Notes under the pieces: generated by a model
Seen by the model: only the letters and a program-made list of their open reading frames with translations
Database searches by the model: none
What the model was told of the DNA's origin: nothing
Position numbers and translations under genes: made by a program
IMG/VR virus record: IMGVR_UViG_3300032047_000009
Coordinates: 1 to 61,578 of that record
Reading direction: 5' to 3' (one strand)
Length of the DNA stretch: 61,578 nt
From: a virus
Lineage: Duplodnaviria > Caudoviricetes
Shown: positions 1 through 10,563 of the stretch, piece after piece
Position numbering within the stretch: the first letter of the stretch is position 1
Layout: every line of letters begins with the position of its first letter

Positions 1-2779
1 CGCTAACATTAGAATACCCACTAACTTTGTCATAAGTTAATCTATTTGTCCAACGATTTGAGTTTGAACTACCGTTTTTACCGGATATTTCACCACTACT
101 ATTTACTGTAGCAATAACACCAGTTTCATCAGCTGAATATCCTATTCTATCAGCGTTTGGTATGAAAGCAAGTACTGGATCTGCATTTGTTACAAATATT
201 TCTTTAGTGAAATTTTGTGCTCCACTAGATGTTGTTGCTCTAAAAGTTATTGTGTATTTGTTAGATGGTGAAGGTCTAAATTCTTGGCCATTTACAAGTT
301 TTAATTTTATTACATCTGTATTTCCAATTTGTTCTGCACTAAAATCATTGAAATAACTTTGATTTATATTATCTTCTACCCTTACAACACTTTGAACACT
401 TATAGTTAAATTATTTGTTCCAGGTGTTAATTGCGTGCCATTAGCATCAAAAACTTTGATAATCATTATATGTGAATTACCAGCTGTACTTTCAATAAAC
501 TCATCTAAATCTGCATCATCATTGAGATTTCTTAATACTAAACTAGCGGCACTAGAAGATCCGCCACCAGAAGATATTTTAGAATTTAAATCTGATATTA
601 ATCCACATGTAGATGTTTCATAAAATATATCTAGTTTAGATTTAAATGGCTTTGTTTCAAAAACAGCTAAAGAAGGTGCATTATCTCCTGAAACAGTAGC
701 CTGCTGACCATAACCACCTTTAATTTGTGCAAACAAATACTGTTTGTCTTTATCATAAAACTCTACTTTATCAGCATCCACAATACCAAAATCATCAAGT
801 TTACCTATTGATATAACATTATGTGTAGAAGTTTGTATACCAGTGTCTCCATTTTCTAGTATACCATCTAAAATAACACTACTTGTAGATAAGTTTATAT
901 TACTTCCTTCTGTTACTTCATCTCTAGGTATTTTATTTATATTGTCACCATATATAGGAAAATAACTCATATTATCACCAGTGCCTCCTGTGTTATACCA
1001 AACAACTCCTGGTGTATATACGTTATAATAATCTTGTTCTGTTTGTTTTACTACTATTCTATAAGAATACCAACCTAAAGGGTTAGTATCAGCTTGCCAT
1101 AAAAAAGAACTATCAACACCTTCGTTAAATATAACTTTTAAAGAATCTCCATTTATACTTATTTGCGATCTTTTGTGTTGTATTGATGAACTATGCTGAT
1201 TAGAAAGCATTACAGGTGATTGTCTTCCATATCTATCTGAAAAGACAACACCAACAACATATGTTCTATCTTGCTTTAATGTGTGTCTTTTATATTCTTC
1301 GTAAAGAAATTCATCTTCTTCATTTTTAGAACCAGTACTTAATTCAAAATTTAATCCAGAAGGAGGTAATTCTTTACCTGTAACAAAATTACCATATACA
1401 AGTCTATTACCTGTTATTTCTTGTGCTAATGCTTTTACTGGAACACGATCATAAACTCTGAATGTTTGTGATTCGGGTAACATTTTATAAGGCTCTTCTG
1501 ATCTATATATATAATATAATTCTTTTCTTCTATCGTTAGTAGAACCACTAACTGTGTTATTGATATATTTTTTTATTTTACTTCCAGAAACAACACCGTT
1601 TGTTATTGTAGAAGGATCTTTTCTTAACGTAGATATGTTTTTTATATCTATAGTATCTAAAACCTTTACTGCTAAACTATCTGATTCTTTAAATAATATT
1701 TCTATTTCTTTTATTAATAAGTCACTATAAGGATCTAAAGTAGGTAACATTATTTCTAACTCTAAATAGTTTATAGAATTAACAAATGTAGAAACCTCAG
1801 TTTCTTTATAAGCGTTTTCTTTTTCTGTATTAGTGAATGTTTGTATTTCTGGTACAAAAGCTATTTGAGTGAAGGGTGCAAAAATAGAATAAGTATTATC
1901 TTCAAACCTATATCTATATGAAAATCTAGCAAACTTTTCTTTTAAAAATTCTTTGTCTATACCTGAATCAGCTGCACTATTATCTATCATAGAAGAACCT
2001 ATAATTGATAATTTTTGACCATTGGCTATTGTTACGCTTTCACTTAAAGTTAAAGTTGTAGAACTTATATTATTTATAATAATATCATCATCTAAACTAT
2101 CATGCCTAACTAAAAATTTTTTACCAGCAGCGTGATCAGCGGCTAAAGAAGAATTAGCTGCTGAAATTGTAACGGTAGCGCTATTACTAACAGCACCATT
2201 GACGGTTAAAATATATTTTGGTTTTAAAAATTTAGGTGCACAATATGGTGCATATTTAGCCACACTTATTTTGTCTTCAAAATATTGATCATCTGAATAT
2301 AGATTAGGTCTTTCAACATTAAAAACCCTTGGTTGATTTAAATTATCTGTAAAATATAAAAAACCATCTAAAATATTTACACCGTGTATAGCAAAAGATT
2401 TATTAAAATTAAATCTATAAGTTTTAAATATTGTGGTAGTAGTTGGTGATGAATCTGGGCTATATTTTACAATAGCACACTTTGCACTAGAAGGAGCTTT
2501 TATATTAGAATCAGCGTTTGAAAAATTAGTTACAAAATAGTATACGTTTTTATTTTCAAAATCAACAACATGACCTATAACTTCAGTAGATGATAAATCA
2601 GATTCTATACCACTAACTTTATTATTAGAAAGTATATTTTCTACAACACCTACATCACCACCTTCAGATCTACTAACTTTAATGTTTTTTGCATCAAAAT
2701 ACTCTCCTTCAGGTAGTATCCTAGGGTCTAAATCTTTATTCATTTTACCTTTTATAAAGGTATTTTTAACTTCAGGCAT
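1..2779 (-). CDS. Tail stabilisation/nozzle protein (P22 gp10-like, crAss-like type), runs off the left edge
   Basis: ATG at 2779 gives MPEVKNTFIKGKMNKDLDPRILPEGEYFDAKNIKVSRSEGGDVGVVENILSN, an N-terminus typical of this family. It follows the ring-protein genes. It is absent from the ORF track, presumably because its stop lies outside the window. Confidence 0.7.
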   Translation of the reverse strand, partial: MPEVKNTFIKGKMNKDLDPRILPEGEYFDAKNIKVSRSEGGDVGVVENILSNNKVSGIESDLSSTEVIGHVVDFENKNVYYFVTNFSNADSNIKAPSSAKCAIVKYSPDSSPTTTTIFKTYRFNFNKSFAIHGVNILDGFLYFTDNLNQPRVFNVERPNLYSDDQYFEDKISVAKYAPYCAPKFLKPKYILTVNGAVSNSATVTISAANSSLAADHAAGKKFLVRHDSLDDDIIINNISSTTLTLSESVTIANGQKLSIIGSSMIDNSAADSGIDKEFLKEKFARFSYRYRFEDNTYSIFAPFTQIAFVPEIQTFTNTEKENAYKETEVSTFVNSINYLELEIMLPTLDPYSDLLIKEIEILFKESDSLAVKVLDTIDIKNISTLRKDPSTITNGVVSGSKIKKYINNTVSGSTNDRRKELYYIYRSEEPYKMLPESQTFRVYDRVPVKALAQEITGNRLVYGNFVTGKELPPSGLNFELSTGSKNEEDEFLYEEYKRHTLKQDRTYVVGVVFSDRYGRQSPVMLSNQHSSSIQHKRSQISINGDSLKVIFNEGVDSSFLWQADTNPLGWYSYRIVVKQTEQDYYNVYTPGVVWYNTGGTGDNMSYFPIYGDNINKIPRDEVTEGSNINLSTSSVILDGILENGDTGIQTSTHNVISIGKLDDFGIVDADKVEFYDKDKQYLFAQIKGGYGQQATVSGDNAPSLAVFETKPFKSKLDIFYETSTCGLISDLNSKISSGGGSSSAASLVLRNLNDDADLDEFIESTAGNSHIMIIKVFDANGTQLTPGTNNLTISVQSVVRVEDNINQSYFNDFSAEQIGNTDVIKLKLVNGQEFRPSPSNKYTITFRATTSSGAQNFTKEIFVTNADPVLAFIPNADRIGYSADETGVIATVNSSGEISGKNGSSNSNRWTNRLTYDKVSGYSNVS

Positions 2780-2783
2780 TTAA

Positions 2784-3899
2784 TTAATGTTTTATCTGTT
2801 TTGATTTACCTCTCATTACCTGAGTTAATTCAGGTATATTTATTTCATATAATCTTATTTTAGCTTGCCTCATAGATGCTCTTCTATCTCTCTTATATCT
2901 ATTGACAATATATTCCGGTATATTTGCCATAGTAGAAAGCATTGAATATGCAACATGTTTATATATAGCTTCTTCGGCAAACTTGTGTACTTTCATTTCA
3001 TTGTCAGTACCCATACTATCAGATATATATTTTAATGTTATTAAAGCTCCTCTTAATTCACTACTAAAATTTATAGTACCGTTATATTGATCTATTATAT
3101 ATATACCATTTCTATTCATATGTTGTGGATCTCCACCATATCTCTTTCCAGCTTCAATTAATCTTTCTGATGGAAAGTCACTATTGTAAAAATAGTCATC
3201 ATTTCCATGGGCATATGTTAATTGTGAATTATTAAAACCTTTGAATCTTTCATTAGTAAGAGCTGTTGTTTTAATTATACTACCATTACTGTCATAAGTG
3301 TAGTTAAATTCATCATCTTGAGCAATAGCTTCTGTTGGTTTAGATGTATTAGAACCTTTTGTAATCATATGTTCTATTCCAGAACCATCTATCCAAGAAA
3401 TACTTGTAGCACTAACAAAGTCTTTTGGCATAGGTATAGACAATGTGTGACCAACTTCAACTTCTTGTATTTTTTCTACCTTTGTAATGTCATAAGCAAA
3501 CTCTTGTATACCTCTTTTTGTGTGAAATAATACATCTCTTCTATTTGCTCTATTAATTATTTTCCCTTCGCCTACATATGAAAACATAAAATTATTTACT
3601 ATGTCAGATAAAGATGTGTATCTATATTCGCCATACAATTTTTCTTTTAATTGAACTGTTACAACATCGTTGTTAGATAATGTTATGTTACTTATTGTTA
3701 CTCTTTTATTTGAATTAGTAAAAGATATGTTTGTTGTAGATACAACATTACCATTTATATAGACATAAAAATCTCCTACAGCAGTTGGCGAAGGATCTAT
3801 AGTTGTTATAGTGAAATATTGTGGATCCCCAGTTTCCCATCTAAAGCTTTGGGAACCAGCGTAGTAAGCTTGATCTGTTTGATTATCTAAAAAACCCAT
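2784..3899 (-). CDS. Tail tubular/ring (adaptor) protein with an N-terminal small beta-sandwich domain
   Basis: 371 aa; DVLFHTKRGIQEFAYD, IPMPKDFV, VHKFAEEAIYKHV; position between MCP and the stabilisation gene. Confidence 0.6.
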   Translation of the reverse strand: MGFLDNQTDQAYYAGSQSFRWETGDPQYFTITTIDPSPTAVGDFYVYINGNVVSTTNISFTNSNKRVTISNITLSNNDVVTVQLKEKLYGEYRYTSLSDIVNNFMFSYVGEGKIINRANRRDVLFHTKRGIQEFAYDITKVEKIQEVEVGHTLSIPMPKDFVSATSISWIDGSGIEHMITKGSNTSKPTEAIAQDDEFNYTYDSNGSIIKTTALTNERFKGFNNSQLTYAHGNDDYFYNSDFPSERLIEAGKRYGGDPQHMNRNGIYIIDQYNGTINFSSELRGALITLKYISDSMGTDNEMKVHKFAEEAIYKHVAYSMLSTMANIPEYIVNRYKRDRRASMRQAKIRLYEINIPELTQVMRGKSKQIKH

Positions 3900-3902
3900 T
3901 TG

Positions 3903-4649
3903 TTATATATTTTCTTTATTAAACTTATTCTGCTCTTGTTGTGATGATGATTGTAATACTAAAGGATCTTTTATTACTACACCAACGTAAGATAGTATTT
4001 TTGTAATTAAACTAGGTTCTTCTGATGGATGTAACTCGAAGTTAGTACTATTTGCTGAAGAAAAAGTTATAGAATTATTTGGTCCAGGTGTATTAGAAGC
4101 GTTCCAAGAAGGAGTATTAGGTATTTTAATATAATGTATATTAACATTACCAGTCAAAGTACTAGGAAGTAGTTTAACTGCATCATCTAAATTTGAACCG
4201 TCTGTTATTTGTTGTCTGTAGTATATAGGATAAGAACTACTAGGTGAGATAAGTTTAGAAGATAAAACATAAGGAAGTTCTGATATTTTTATTTCTTCAA
4301 ACTGTGTTAAATTGTCACTTTTATATATAGATATTAACCTATAAAGATCAGTAACATTATCTGTTAAATTTATTAAATCATTTGTTGTATCTATAGCAAC
4401 AGATTTTAATTTTAAAAAATGATCTATTTTTTCTTTTATATTATTTGCTAAATCGCCATAATCGTCATTAGAACCAATAACATTTGATTTTGATAAAACT
4501 CTATTATAATCATAAAAAGTTTTTTCTAATATTTCTAGTTGAGCTTGCTGAGCTAATTTATTAAATTGGCCAGGTGTTAATTGCCCTCTCTGTTCTCTGT
4601 TTAAAATTGTAAGTACAGTTTTGTATATTTTATCTACACTTATAGCCAT
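3903..4649 (-). CDS. Putative head-tail ring protein
   Basis: 248 aa; MAISVDKIYKTVLTILNREQRGQLTPGQFN...FELHPSEEPSLITKIL; synteny downstream of MCP. Confidence 0.55.
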   Translation of the reverse strand: MAISVDKIYKTVLTILNREQRGQLTPGQFNKLAQQAQLEILEKTFYDYNRVLSKSNVIGSNDDYGDLANNIKEKIDHFLKLKSVAIDTTNDLINLTDNVTDLYRLISIYKSDNLTQFEEIKISELPYVLSSKLISPSSSYPIYYRQQITDGSNLDDAVKLLPSTLTGNVNIHYIKIPNTPSWNASNTPGPNNSITFSSANSTNFELHPSEEPSLITKILSYVGVVIKDPLVLQSSSQQEQNKFNKENI

Positions 4650-4670
4650 ATTTTATTTTTTTTTATAATA

Positions 4671-4696
4671 GTTAGGCCACATAAAGCGGCCTAACC
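4671..4696. terminator. Intergenic hairpin (terminator or processing site)
   Basis: gttaggccac-ataaa-gcggcctaac inverted repeat; no clear U-tract on the coding strand. Confidence 0.4.
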
Positions 4697-4707
4697 GTTA
4701 TATGTGA

Positions 4708-5445
4708 CTATTTTAATCTTTTTTCCAATGTTTGGAAAACTTCAACTCCTTCATCTGTCTTAAACCAAGCTGCAAGCGCAGAGTATGGGTTTTCATCAAA
4801 AGGTACAGTCATTAATTTTCTACCATTACTAACCCACTGAAAAGTTCTTTGGTCATTTGATAGTTTTATTATGTTTGCTTCAACGCCTTTTAAACCTACA
4901 TTCCTTAAGTTTACATTTTCATCAGCTGCTAGTTCTAAAAATAATTCTGGATCATTATTAGCAAAAACTAATAAATCTCTTTTTATTTCTTTAGATGTCA
5001 TGTTAGCAACAGAAGATCCAACATTTACTCTTACTATTGCTTCAGCTTCATCTATATTTAAATTTTTAGCTGCATTTAAAGCTTCTATTCTTTGTTCAAG
5101 CTCTACTAAGTCATCTTTAGCCTCTTCTTGTGGATCATACTCAAAGTATAATTTATTTAATCCAGGGTGATATAAAGATAATAATTTTTGTAGTGTTTGT
5201 TTTTGTTTTGGTACTATTAACATACCATCTTCAAATATAATGTGACCTAATCTAGCATCACCTTTGAAATCATCTACAAATGGAGTTTTTTGGTTAACAG
5301 TATATTTTAATTCTCTTTCAAAACCTTGCTCTTCATCAAACCAATATATGTTTTTACTTTTCATTGTAAAGGTTAAAGGAGATAGGTCGTTTTTCAGTAT
5401 ATATGTTCTATCCTTGATAGACCATTTATTTTTTGTTTTTGTCAT
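4708..5445 (-). CDS. Hypothetical virion-module protein
   Basis: 245 aa ORF directly after MCP. Confidence 0.6.
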   Translation of the reverse strand: MTKTKNKWSIKDRTYILKNDLSPLTFTMKSKNIYWFDEEQGFERELKYTVNQKTPFVDDFKGDARLGHIIFEDGMLIVPKQKQTLQKLLSLYHPGLNKLYFEYDPQEEAKDDLVELEQRIEALNAAKNLNIDEAEAIVRVNVGSSVANMTSKEIKRDLLVFANNDPELFLELAADENVNLRNVGLKGVEANIIKLSNDQRTFQWVSNGRKLMTVPFDENPYSALAAWFKTDEGVEVFQTLEKRLK

Positions 5446-5464
5446 GATATAATATAATAAAAAT

Positions 5465-5510
5465 TAATAAAAGTAATAATTACCCCCGTTGATAAAACGA
5501 GGGTAAAAAT
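5465..5510 (-). terminator. Rho-independent terminator after MCP
   Basis: Minus strand reads ttaccctcgttttatcaacgggggtaa followed by a T-rich tract. Confidence 0.55.
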
Positions 5511-5521
5511 TACGTTAAGTA

Positions 5522-6913
5522 TTATGCAAAGTTACCAAACAGTACGAAGTTATTCGCAGCTTGTACAACTAAACATCTTTCTGATAGGTAATGTACCTCC
5601 ATCGCATCAAGATCGCTAGTAGATGCTCCACCAACAGATCCTGTGATCCAAGATTTTAATTTTCTATCATCAGCTTGTGAAGCTCTGTATCTTACGTGTA
5701 AGAAAGGTCTTTTGATGTTTTTACCAAGAATTTGGTCATAAACAGATGAAGTACCCGCTGGTACTAATATACCTGTAACATCAGAAGCAATTTCTCCTCT
5801 AGTAGATGCATCGTTTAAGTATTTCCAGTCAGTTTTGTAGAAGTCATAAGAACCTCTTCTAAAACCAGAAAAACCTAAGTTGATCGCCATATCTTCAGAA
5901 TTATTAAATAATCCCCAAGAAGTACCACCAGAACCATAAGAGTTTTGAGCAGCTAACATATCATCAATATTTAAAGATAAATCTCTATTTAAAAATAATA
6001 CATTTTCCTCAATAGCTCCTTGCTTATCTAATTTCTTAAGCATGTTATCAAAATCAGCTAAATCATCAGAAGCAGAAGAACCGTCAATACCATCTTCATG
6101 GATGTGACCTCTATCTTTTACCGCAGCAAATAAACCTTCAGTTCCTGCGATGTCTGCTAAATTTGTATTAACATTTTTTTCTGATTCAATCATCGCCATT
6201 TCTAAGTAATCCTCGAATCTCTTTCTAGTATCACCTTCAGCTTTGATATACCATAAGTAACCTGACTGACCAGCTTCACCTGTAACTTCAACCCATCCAA
6301 TTTGAGAAGCATCAGATCCAGAGATCTCATATTTATCTTTTAAGATAATTGGGTTGTTAGTGTAAGACTGGAAACTTGGCTTAACCGCTTCGTTCATACC
6401 AGTGTCAGCTTTTTTGAATTCAGAACCGTATACGAAAAGTTTAATTCCAGATCCAGCTGTTAAACCTCCACCAACACAACCAGTAGAGTTTGTGTAACAT
6501 TTAACTGTTATTGCTGATGAAGCAACCGCTGATACATAAGCTTTTACGACAGCTGTACCATCACTTACCACTACGGTTTGTCCTACTCTAATAGCGTGAT
6601 CAGTAAGTCCTGTTATAGAATTTGAACCACTCGAATCAGCTACTAGTGTACCACCTGAGTAAGATAGGTGTAATCTTCCTTGTTCTGACCAAATGATTTG
6701 ATCTGAACTCATAGGCATTTCTGCGCCTACCATTTTTAAAAACCCACCAACAGATCTATCACCGAACTTTTCGATCTCTGCTTCATATAAGTCTGGAAGA
6801 TATTGTTGCGCCCATCCTTTTTCTGCAGCCGATGTAAAGTCAATGTAGTTTGTTGACAAAGTTTGTTTAACTGGAGCTGGAGTTGTAGTTCCGCTCCCTA
6901 ATGTAATTGCCAT
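5522..6913 (-). CDS. Major capsid protein
   Basis: 463 aa; WAQQYLPDLYE, IIWSEQGRLH, GFSGFRRGSYDFYKTDWKYLND; follows portal and scaffold; downstream terminator. Confidence 0.8.
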   Translation of the reverse strand: MAITLGSGTTTPAPVKQTLSTNYIDFTSAAEKGWAQQYLPDLYEAEIEKFGDRSVGGFLKMVGAEMPMSSDQIIWSEQGRLHLSYSGGTLVADSSGSNSITGLTDHAIRVGQTVVVSDGTAVVKAYVSAVASSAITVKCYTNSTGCVGGGLTAGSGIKLFVYGSEFKKADTGMNEAVKPSFQSYTNNPIILKDKYEISGSDASQIGWVEVTGEAGQSGYLWYIKAEGDTRKRFEDYLEMAMIESEKNVNTNLADIAGTEGLFAAVKDRGHIHEDGIDGSSASDDLADFDNMLKKLDKQGAIEENVLFLNRDLSLNIDDMLAAQNSYGSGGTSWGLFNNSEDMAINLGFSGFRRGSYDFYKTDWKYLNDASTRGEIASDVTGILVPAGTSSVYDQILGKNIKRPFLHVRYRASQADDRKLKSWITGSVGGASTSDLDAMEVHYLSERCLVVQAANNFVLFGNFA

Positions 6914-6931
6914 AATTTGTTTTTTTTAAAG

Positions 6932-8116
6932 TTATTTTTTAATTTTAATTCTTAATTTTGAACTATCATCGCCGCTTATAGCTCTCACTTTCATTCCTCC
7001 AGAATCTATATTTTGACCAATCCTTCTAGGATCCATATTAATATTTTTAGCTTCTGCAGACATTTGCTTTATAGCATCTGACTTTCCTTGTTCATAAAAA
7101 TGATTCGCTATTGAATCAGCGTTTCTAGCAGCATAAAGTGCCTTATGATAACCATTAGCATCTTTTAACATGTTTTTGTCATCTAAGAACGTCTCAAATG
7201 CACTTAATATGTTACTTTGTGCTTGTTTAGTTGTCTGAACATCTTTTACGTTGTATCTAAACTTGTTTTCACCAACTTTAAACTCAAAACCTTTGAATTT
7301 ATCACTAAAAACATTATTAGTTTGATTAACAAAATGTTCATTTGACTTTTGCTGCTGAGCAGTTAATTCGTTCTGCTCTTTTTTATAATTATCATAAAAA
7401 TTTATAGCTTCTTTAATTTCCGGAGAAAAATTAGAACCAGATTTTATGTCATTATAGTATTTACTTTTTGCGTTAGCTAAATATTTTTTTGCGCTAGCGA
7501 CTTCTTCTTTGTAGTTTAATTTTTTTCTTCTAATATCTCTTTCTTTATCTATTTCATCATCATAAGAAAATTTATCCTCTAACAAAAAATTGATTTCATC
7601 ATTGTTTAAATGAGGTTTTGTTGATTTGTAGTATTCTAACAATAGGTCATCATCACCTAGTGATTCAACATCAACATTTAATTTTACATAATCCTGTAAT
7701 GTTCCGCCAGTTTCACTCATAAAATCCATGAGTTTCTTAACATCTTCAGGATATTCTAGTTTTACTTCTTCTTGTAAGACTTGACTTTCTTCGGGCTGCT
7801 TTTCTTGTACTTGCCCTTGCTCTTGCACTTGTATGCCATCTTTTTCTTCTTTAATTAATGTTATTACTTCTTCTTGTTCTTGAGGTTCAACTTGTTTTTC
7901 TTCCTCTTTAATCTGTTCAACAGGTTCCTCTTGTTTTTTAGCTTCTTCTACTTTTTCAACAGGAGGTTGTTCAACGGTTTTTTCTTCTGGTTGTTTAGTT
8001 AAATCAACTTTGTAAACGCCATCTTCTTGTTGTCCACTAGTTTGATCGACTAATTCTTGTTCTTTTTCAGCTGTAGACAAATTGTCTTCAACTGGTTTCA
8101 TTTTGATTTCTGACAT
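6932..8116 (-). CDS. Capsid scaffolding protein
   Basis: Acidic E/Q-rich N-terminus and helical C-terminus (ANHFYEQGKSDAIK); lies between portal and MCP. Confidence 0.65.
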   Translation of the reverse strand: MSEIKMKPVEDNLSTAEKEQELVDQTSGQQEDGVYKVDLTKQPEEKTVEQPPVEKVEEAKKQEEPVEQIKEEEKQVEPQEQEEVITLIKEEKDGIQVQEQGQVQEKQPEESQVLQEEVKLEYPEDVKKLMDFMSETGGTLQDYVKLNVDVESLGDDDLLLEYYKSTKPHLNNDEINFLLEDKFSYDDEIDKERDIRRKKLNYKEEVASAKKYLANAKSKYYNDIKSGSNFSPEIKEAINFYDNYKKEQNELTAQQQKSNEHFVNQTNNVFSDKFKGFEFKVGENKFRYNVKDVQTTKQAQSNILSAFETFLDDKNMLKDANGYHKALYAARNADSIANHFYEQGKSDAIKQMSAEAKNINMDPRRIGQNIDSGGMKVRAISGDDSSKLRIKIKK

Positions 8117-8142
8117 AATAAAATATTATAAAATTTAAAAAA

Positions 8143-10560
8143 TTATCTTGGATCAAATTGTTCTAATCCAAATCCACCTAAATTATCAAATCCTGCAGAT
8201 TCAAAATCTTTTGGTGGTTTTCCAGTTTGTCGCTGGTTTATAAGCTCACTTTGTTGTGTAGCTTGTATTTTTGTTCTTTTGTCTTTTCTGTTTTCTTTGT
8301 ATTCTTCTTTATTATTTATCACCTGTGTTTCAGCTTGTTTAAGCTGCATGTTAAGTTGAAACTCGTGAAACATTAATTCTTTTTTAATTTCAGCTTCTCT
8401 TTCAAGCTTTTGTATTTCAAATTGATGTTCTATTTCTGACATTTTAGCTTTACCTTGCATTATCACCTGTTCTTTCTGAGCTTCACTCTGAGCAGCAGCC
8501 TGCGCAGCTTGTGCATTTGATCTGCTTTGAGCTTCAATATTTTCCATTTGAAGTTGTCTATCTTTTTCAAACTTTTTCTTTCTTCTTAGTTTAAGTAATT
8601 GATTAGCAAGTTTTAAATTTTTAACCTCTCTCGCATCAATAGCATCTTCTATTTCTATTTGCTTTTGTTGTAATGCCATTTGAATATTATTTTCAAGAAT
8701 TTGTTTCTGTTCTTCATCTGGAGCTAATTCTAAAAATATACCAAAATCATGCAAATGTAACGTTTGTATTTCTTTTAAACTAGCCACATTAAATTTACCA
8801 ACACCATTTATAAATGCTTGAGTTGTATTTCCATATTGTAACACATCAGAAACTCTTAATGATATTGCTTCTGCTGTTTTTAAAGTTAAATATAATCCAG
8901 CTTGTAAAACATGCCTAGTAGCAACATTTGAATTAGCAGCGGCTATTTTTTGTAAACCTACTAAAGCATTTTTATCAGGCATACTACCATCTCTTGCTTC
9001 ATTTAAACCAGTCACATCTCTAATCATTTGTAAATAATAATTATAAGATTGAATTAAACTAGCTATTTTCTGTCCACCAGAAGATGATTGTAATTCTTGA
9101 ACTGGCATACGACTATGATTATATTCACCATCACCAGTCATAGATCTACCTATAACAGAACCCGTTTGGAAATACATGTTTAATGCTTCTTGTGGATTGT
9201 AATTAGTTCCGTTACCTAAATCTATTTCAGCTATACCATCAGCATCTAAATAAACACCATCCGGTACCATTCTTGATAATACTTGTTGTAATTTTAAATG
9301 AGTCAATTGAACCATATCAGCAAACGTTGTCATTCTACTTACTAAAGATTCTATTTTACCTTTATAAATACGTGGAGCAACAATACTATAAGATAGTTGT
9401 GCTTTTGTTATATCAGAATATGGTCTTGTCATATTTTCTGCTAACTTCCATTTAAGTAGTTTATTTGATCCAATTATTTTGGCACCTTCATAAATAACCT
9501 CTATTGATCTATTTACTTTTTGAAACCTGTTTTCTGCATTTTTTGGTGGATCAAATTGATCAGTCTTTTTTATAGATTTTTGTGAACCAGTTGATGTTTC
9601 TTTAATTTTATAAACTTGATTATTAAATGTTTTATATTCAAAATATAAAATATAAACGTAATTATTATCTGGAGAATCTGCAGAAGAATAAGACTTATTA
9701 TATAACATAGCACTATTGCTAGAGTCTTCTAGTTCTTTAATATCATCACTGTTTAATTCAGGATACTGTTTTTTCAAATCAATCAAGCTAACTCTTTTTA
9801 CCTCTCCTACATAATATATATCATCAAAGTATGGTGATTCAGTATATGAATAAACTAGATCAGCAGGATCTACATAATCTATTTTTATACCTTCAGAAGT
9901 ATTAAAACTATTTTTAACAGCTCCAATACCTAAAACAGCTAAATCATAATCTAATCTCTTTTTTAATAAATCATATTTATTATAGTCAAAAACATTATTT
10001 ATTGCTTCTTCTTCAGCTATTTCTATTGATTGTTTATAATCAAGTTGCATATGAAGTTCTAACTCTTCTTGTGTTTCTGGCAAAGTTTCTCTGTCATTAT
10101 TGTACATGTTAATTGAAAAAGAATCCTGTAACTCATCAAATAATGATTTGTTTTTCATGTCTCTAACAATAGAATCAACATAACTTGTTCTTGTATCTAT
10201 AGAAGCTTGATCTTGAGAATAAGCTTTTATATCATACATTCTTTCTGATATACCATTTACTACAATATCAACAAACTTAGGAATTATAGGTATTGGCTTC
10301 CAGTCTAAATTTAAATATGATAAATCACCATTAATTGATAATTCATCTTTATATTTTTGTATGCTCTGCTCTCCTCTAGCATAAAGCCTTAATCTGTGAA
10401 ATTGATCTCTATTAGCATAGTATCTAACAGAACCTGAATCTCTTTTAAACCATTCAGCTTCTATAGCTTTTGCAACTTCTAAACCATATGTAGATGAAGA
10501 TTTTTCACCATCACTAGCTGATTGGCTAGGAAACCGTCCTTTTGTTATTTGTTTTGACAT
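8143..10560 (-). CDS. Portal protein
   Basis: 805 aa; LNLDWKPIPIIPKFVDIVVNG, IRDVTGLNEARDG, coiled-coil C-terminus; follows terminase. Confidence 0.85.
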   Translation of the reverse strand: MSKQITKGRFPSQSASDGEKSSSTYGLEVAKAIEAEWFKRDSGSVRYYANRDQFHRLRLYARGEQSIQKYKDELSINGDLSYLNLDWKPIPIIPKFVDIVVNGISERMYDIKAYSQDQASIDTRTSYVDSIVRDMKNKSLFDELQDSFSINMYNNDRETLPETQEELELHMQLDYKQSIEIAEEEAINNVFDYNKYDLLKKRLDYDLAVLGIGAVKNSFNTSEGIKIDYVDPADLVYSYTESPYFDDIYYVGEVKRVSLIDLKKQYPELNSDDIKELEDSSNSAMLYNKSYSSADSPDNNYVYILYFEYKTFNNQVYKIKETSTGSQKSIKKTDQFDPPKNAENRFQKVNRSIEVIYEGAKIIGSNKLLKWKLAENMTRPYSDITKAQLSYSIVAPRIYKGKIESLVSRMTTFADMVQLTHLKLQQVLSRMVPDGVYLDADGIAEIDLGNGTNYNPQEALNMYFQTGSVIGRSMTGDGEYNHSRMPVQELQSSSGGQKIASLIQSYNYYLQMIRDVTGLNEARDGSMPDKNALVGLQKIAAANSNVATRHVLQAGLYLTLKTAEAISLRVSDVLQYGNTTQAFINGVGKFNVASLKEIQTLHLHDFGIFLELAPDEEQKQILENNIQMALQQKQIEIEDAIDAREVKNLKLANQLLKLRRKKKFEKDRQLQMENIEAQSRSNAQAAQAAAQSEAQKEQVIMQGKAKMSEIEHQFEIQKLEREAEIKKELMFHEFQLNMQLKQAETQVINNKEEYKENRKDKRTKIQATQQSELINQRQTGKPPKDFESAGFDNLGGFGLEQFDPR

Positions 10561-10563
10561 TAA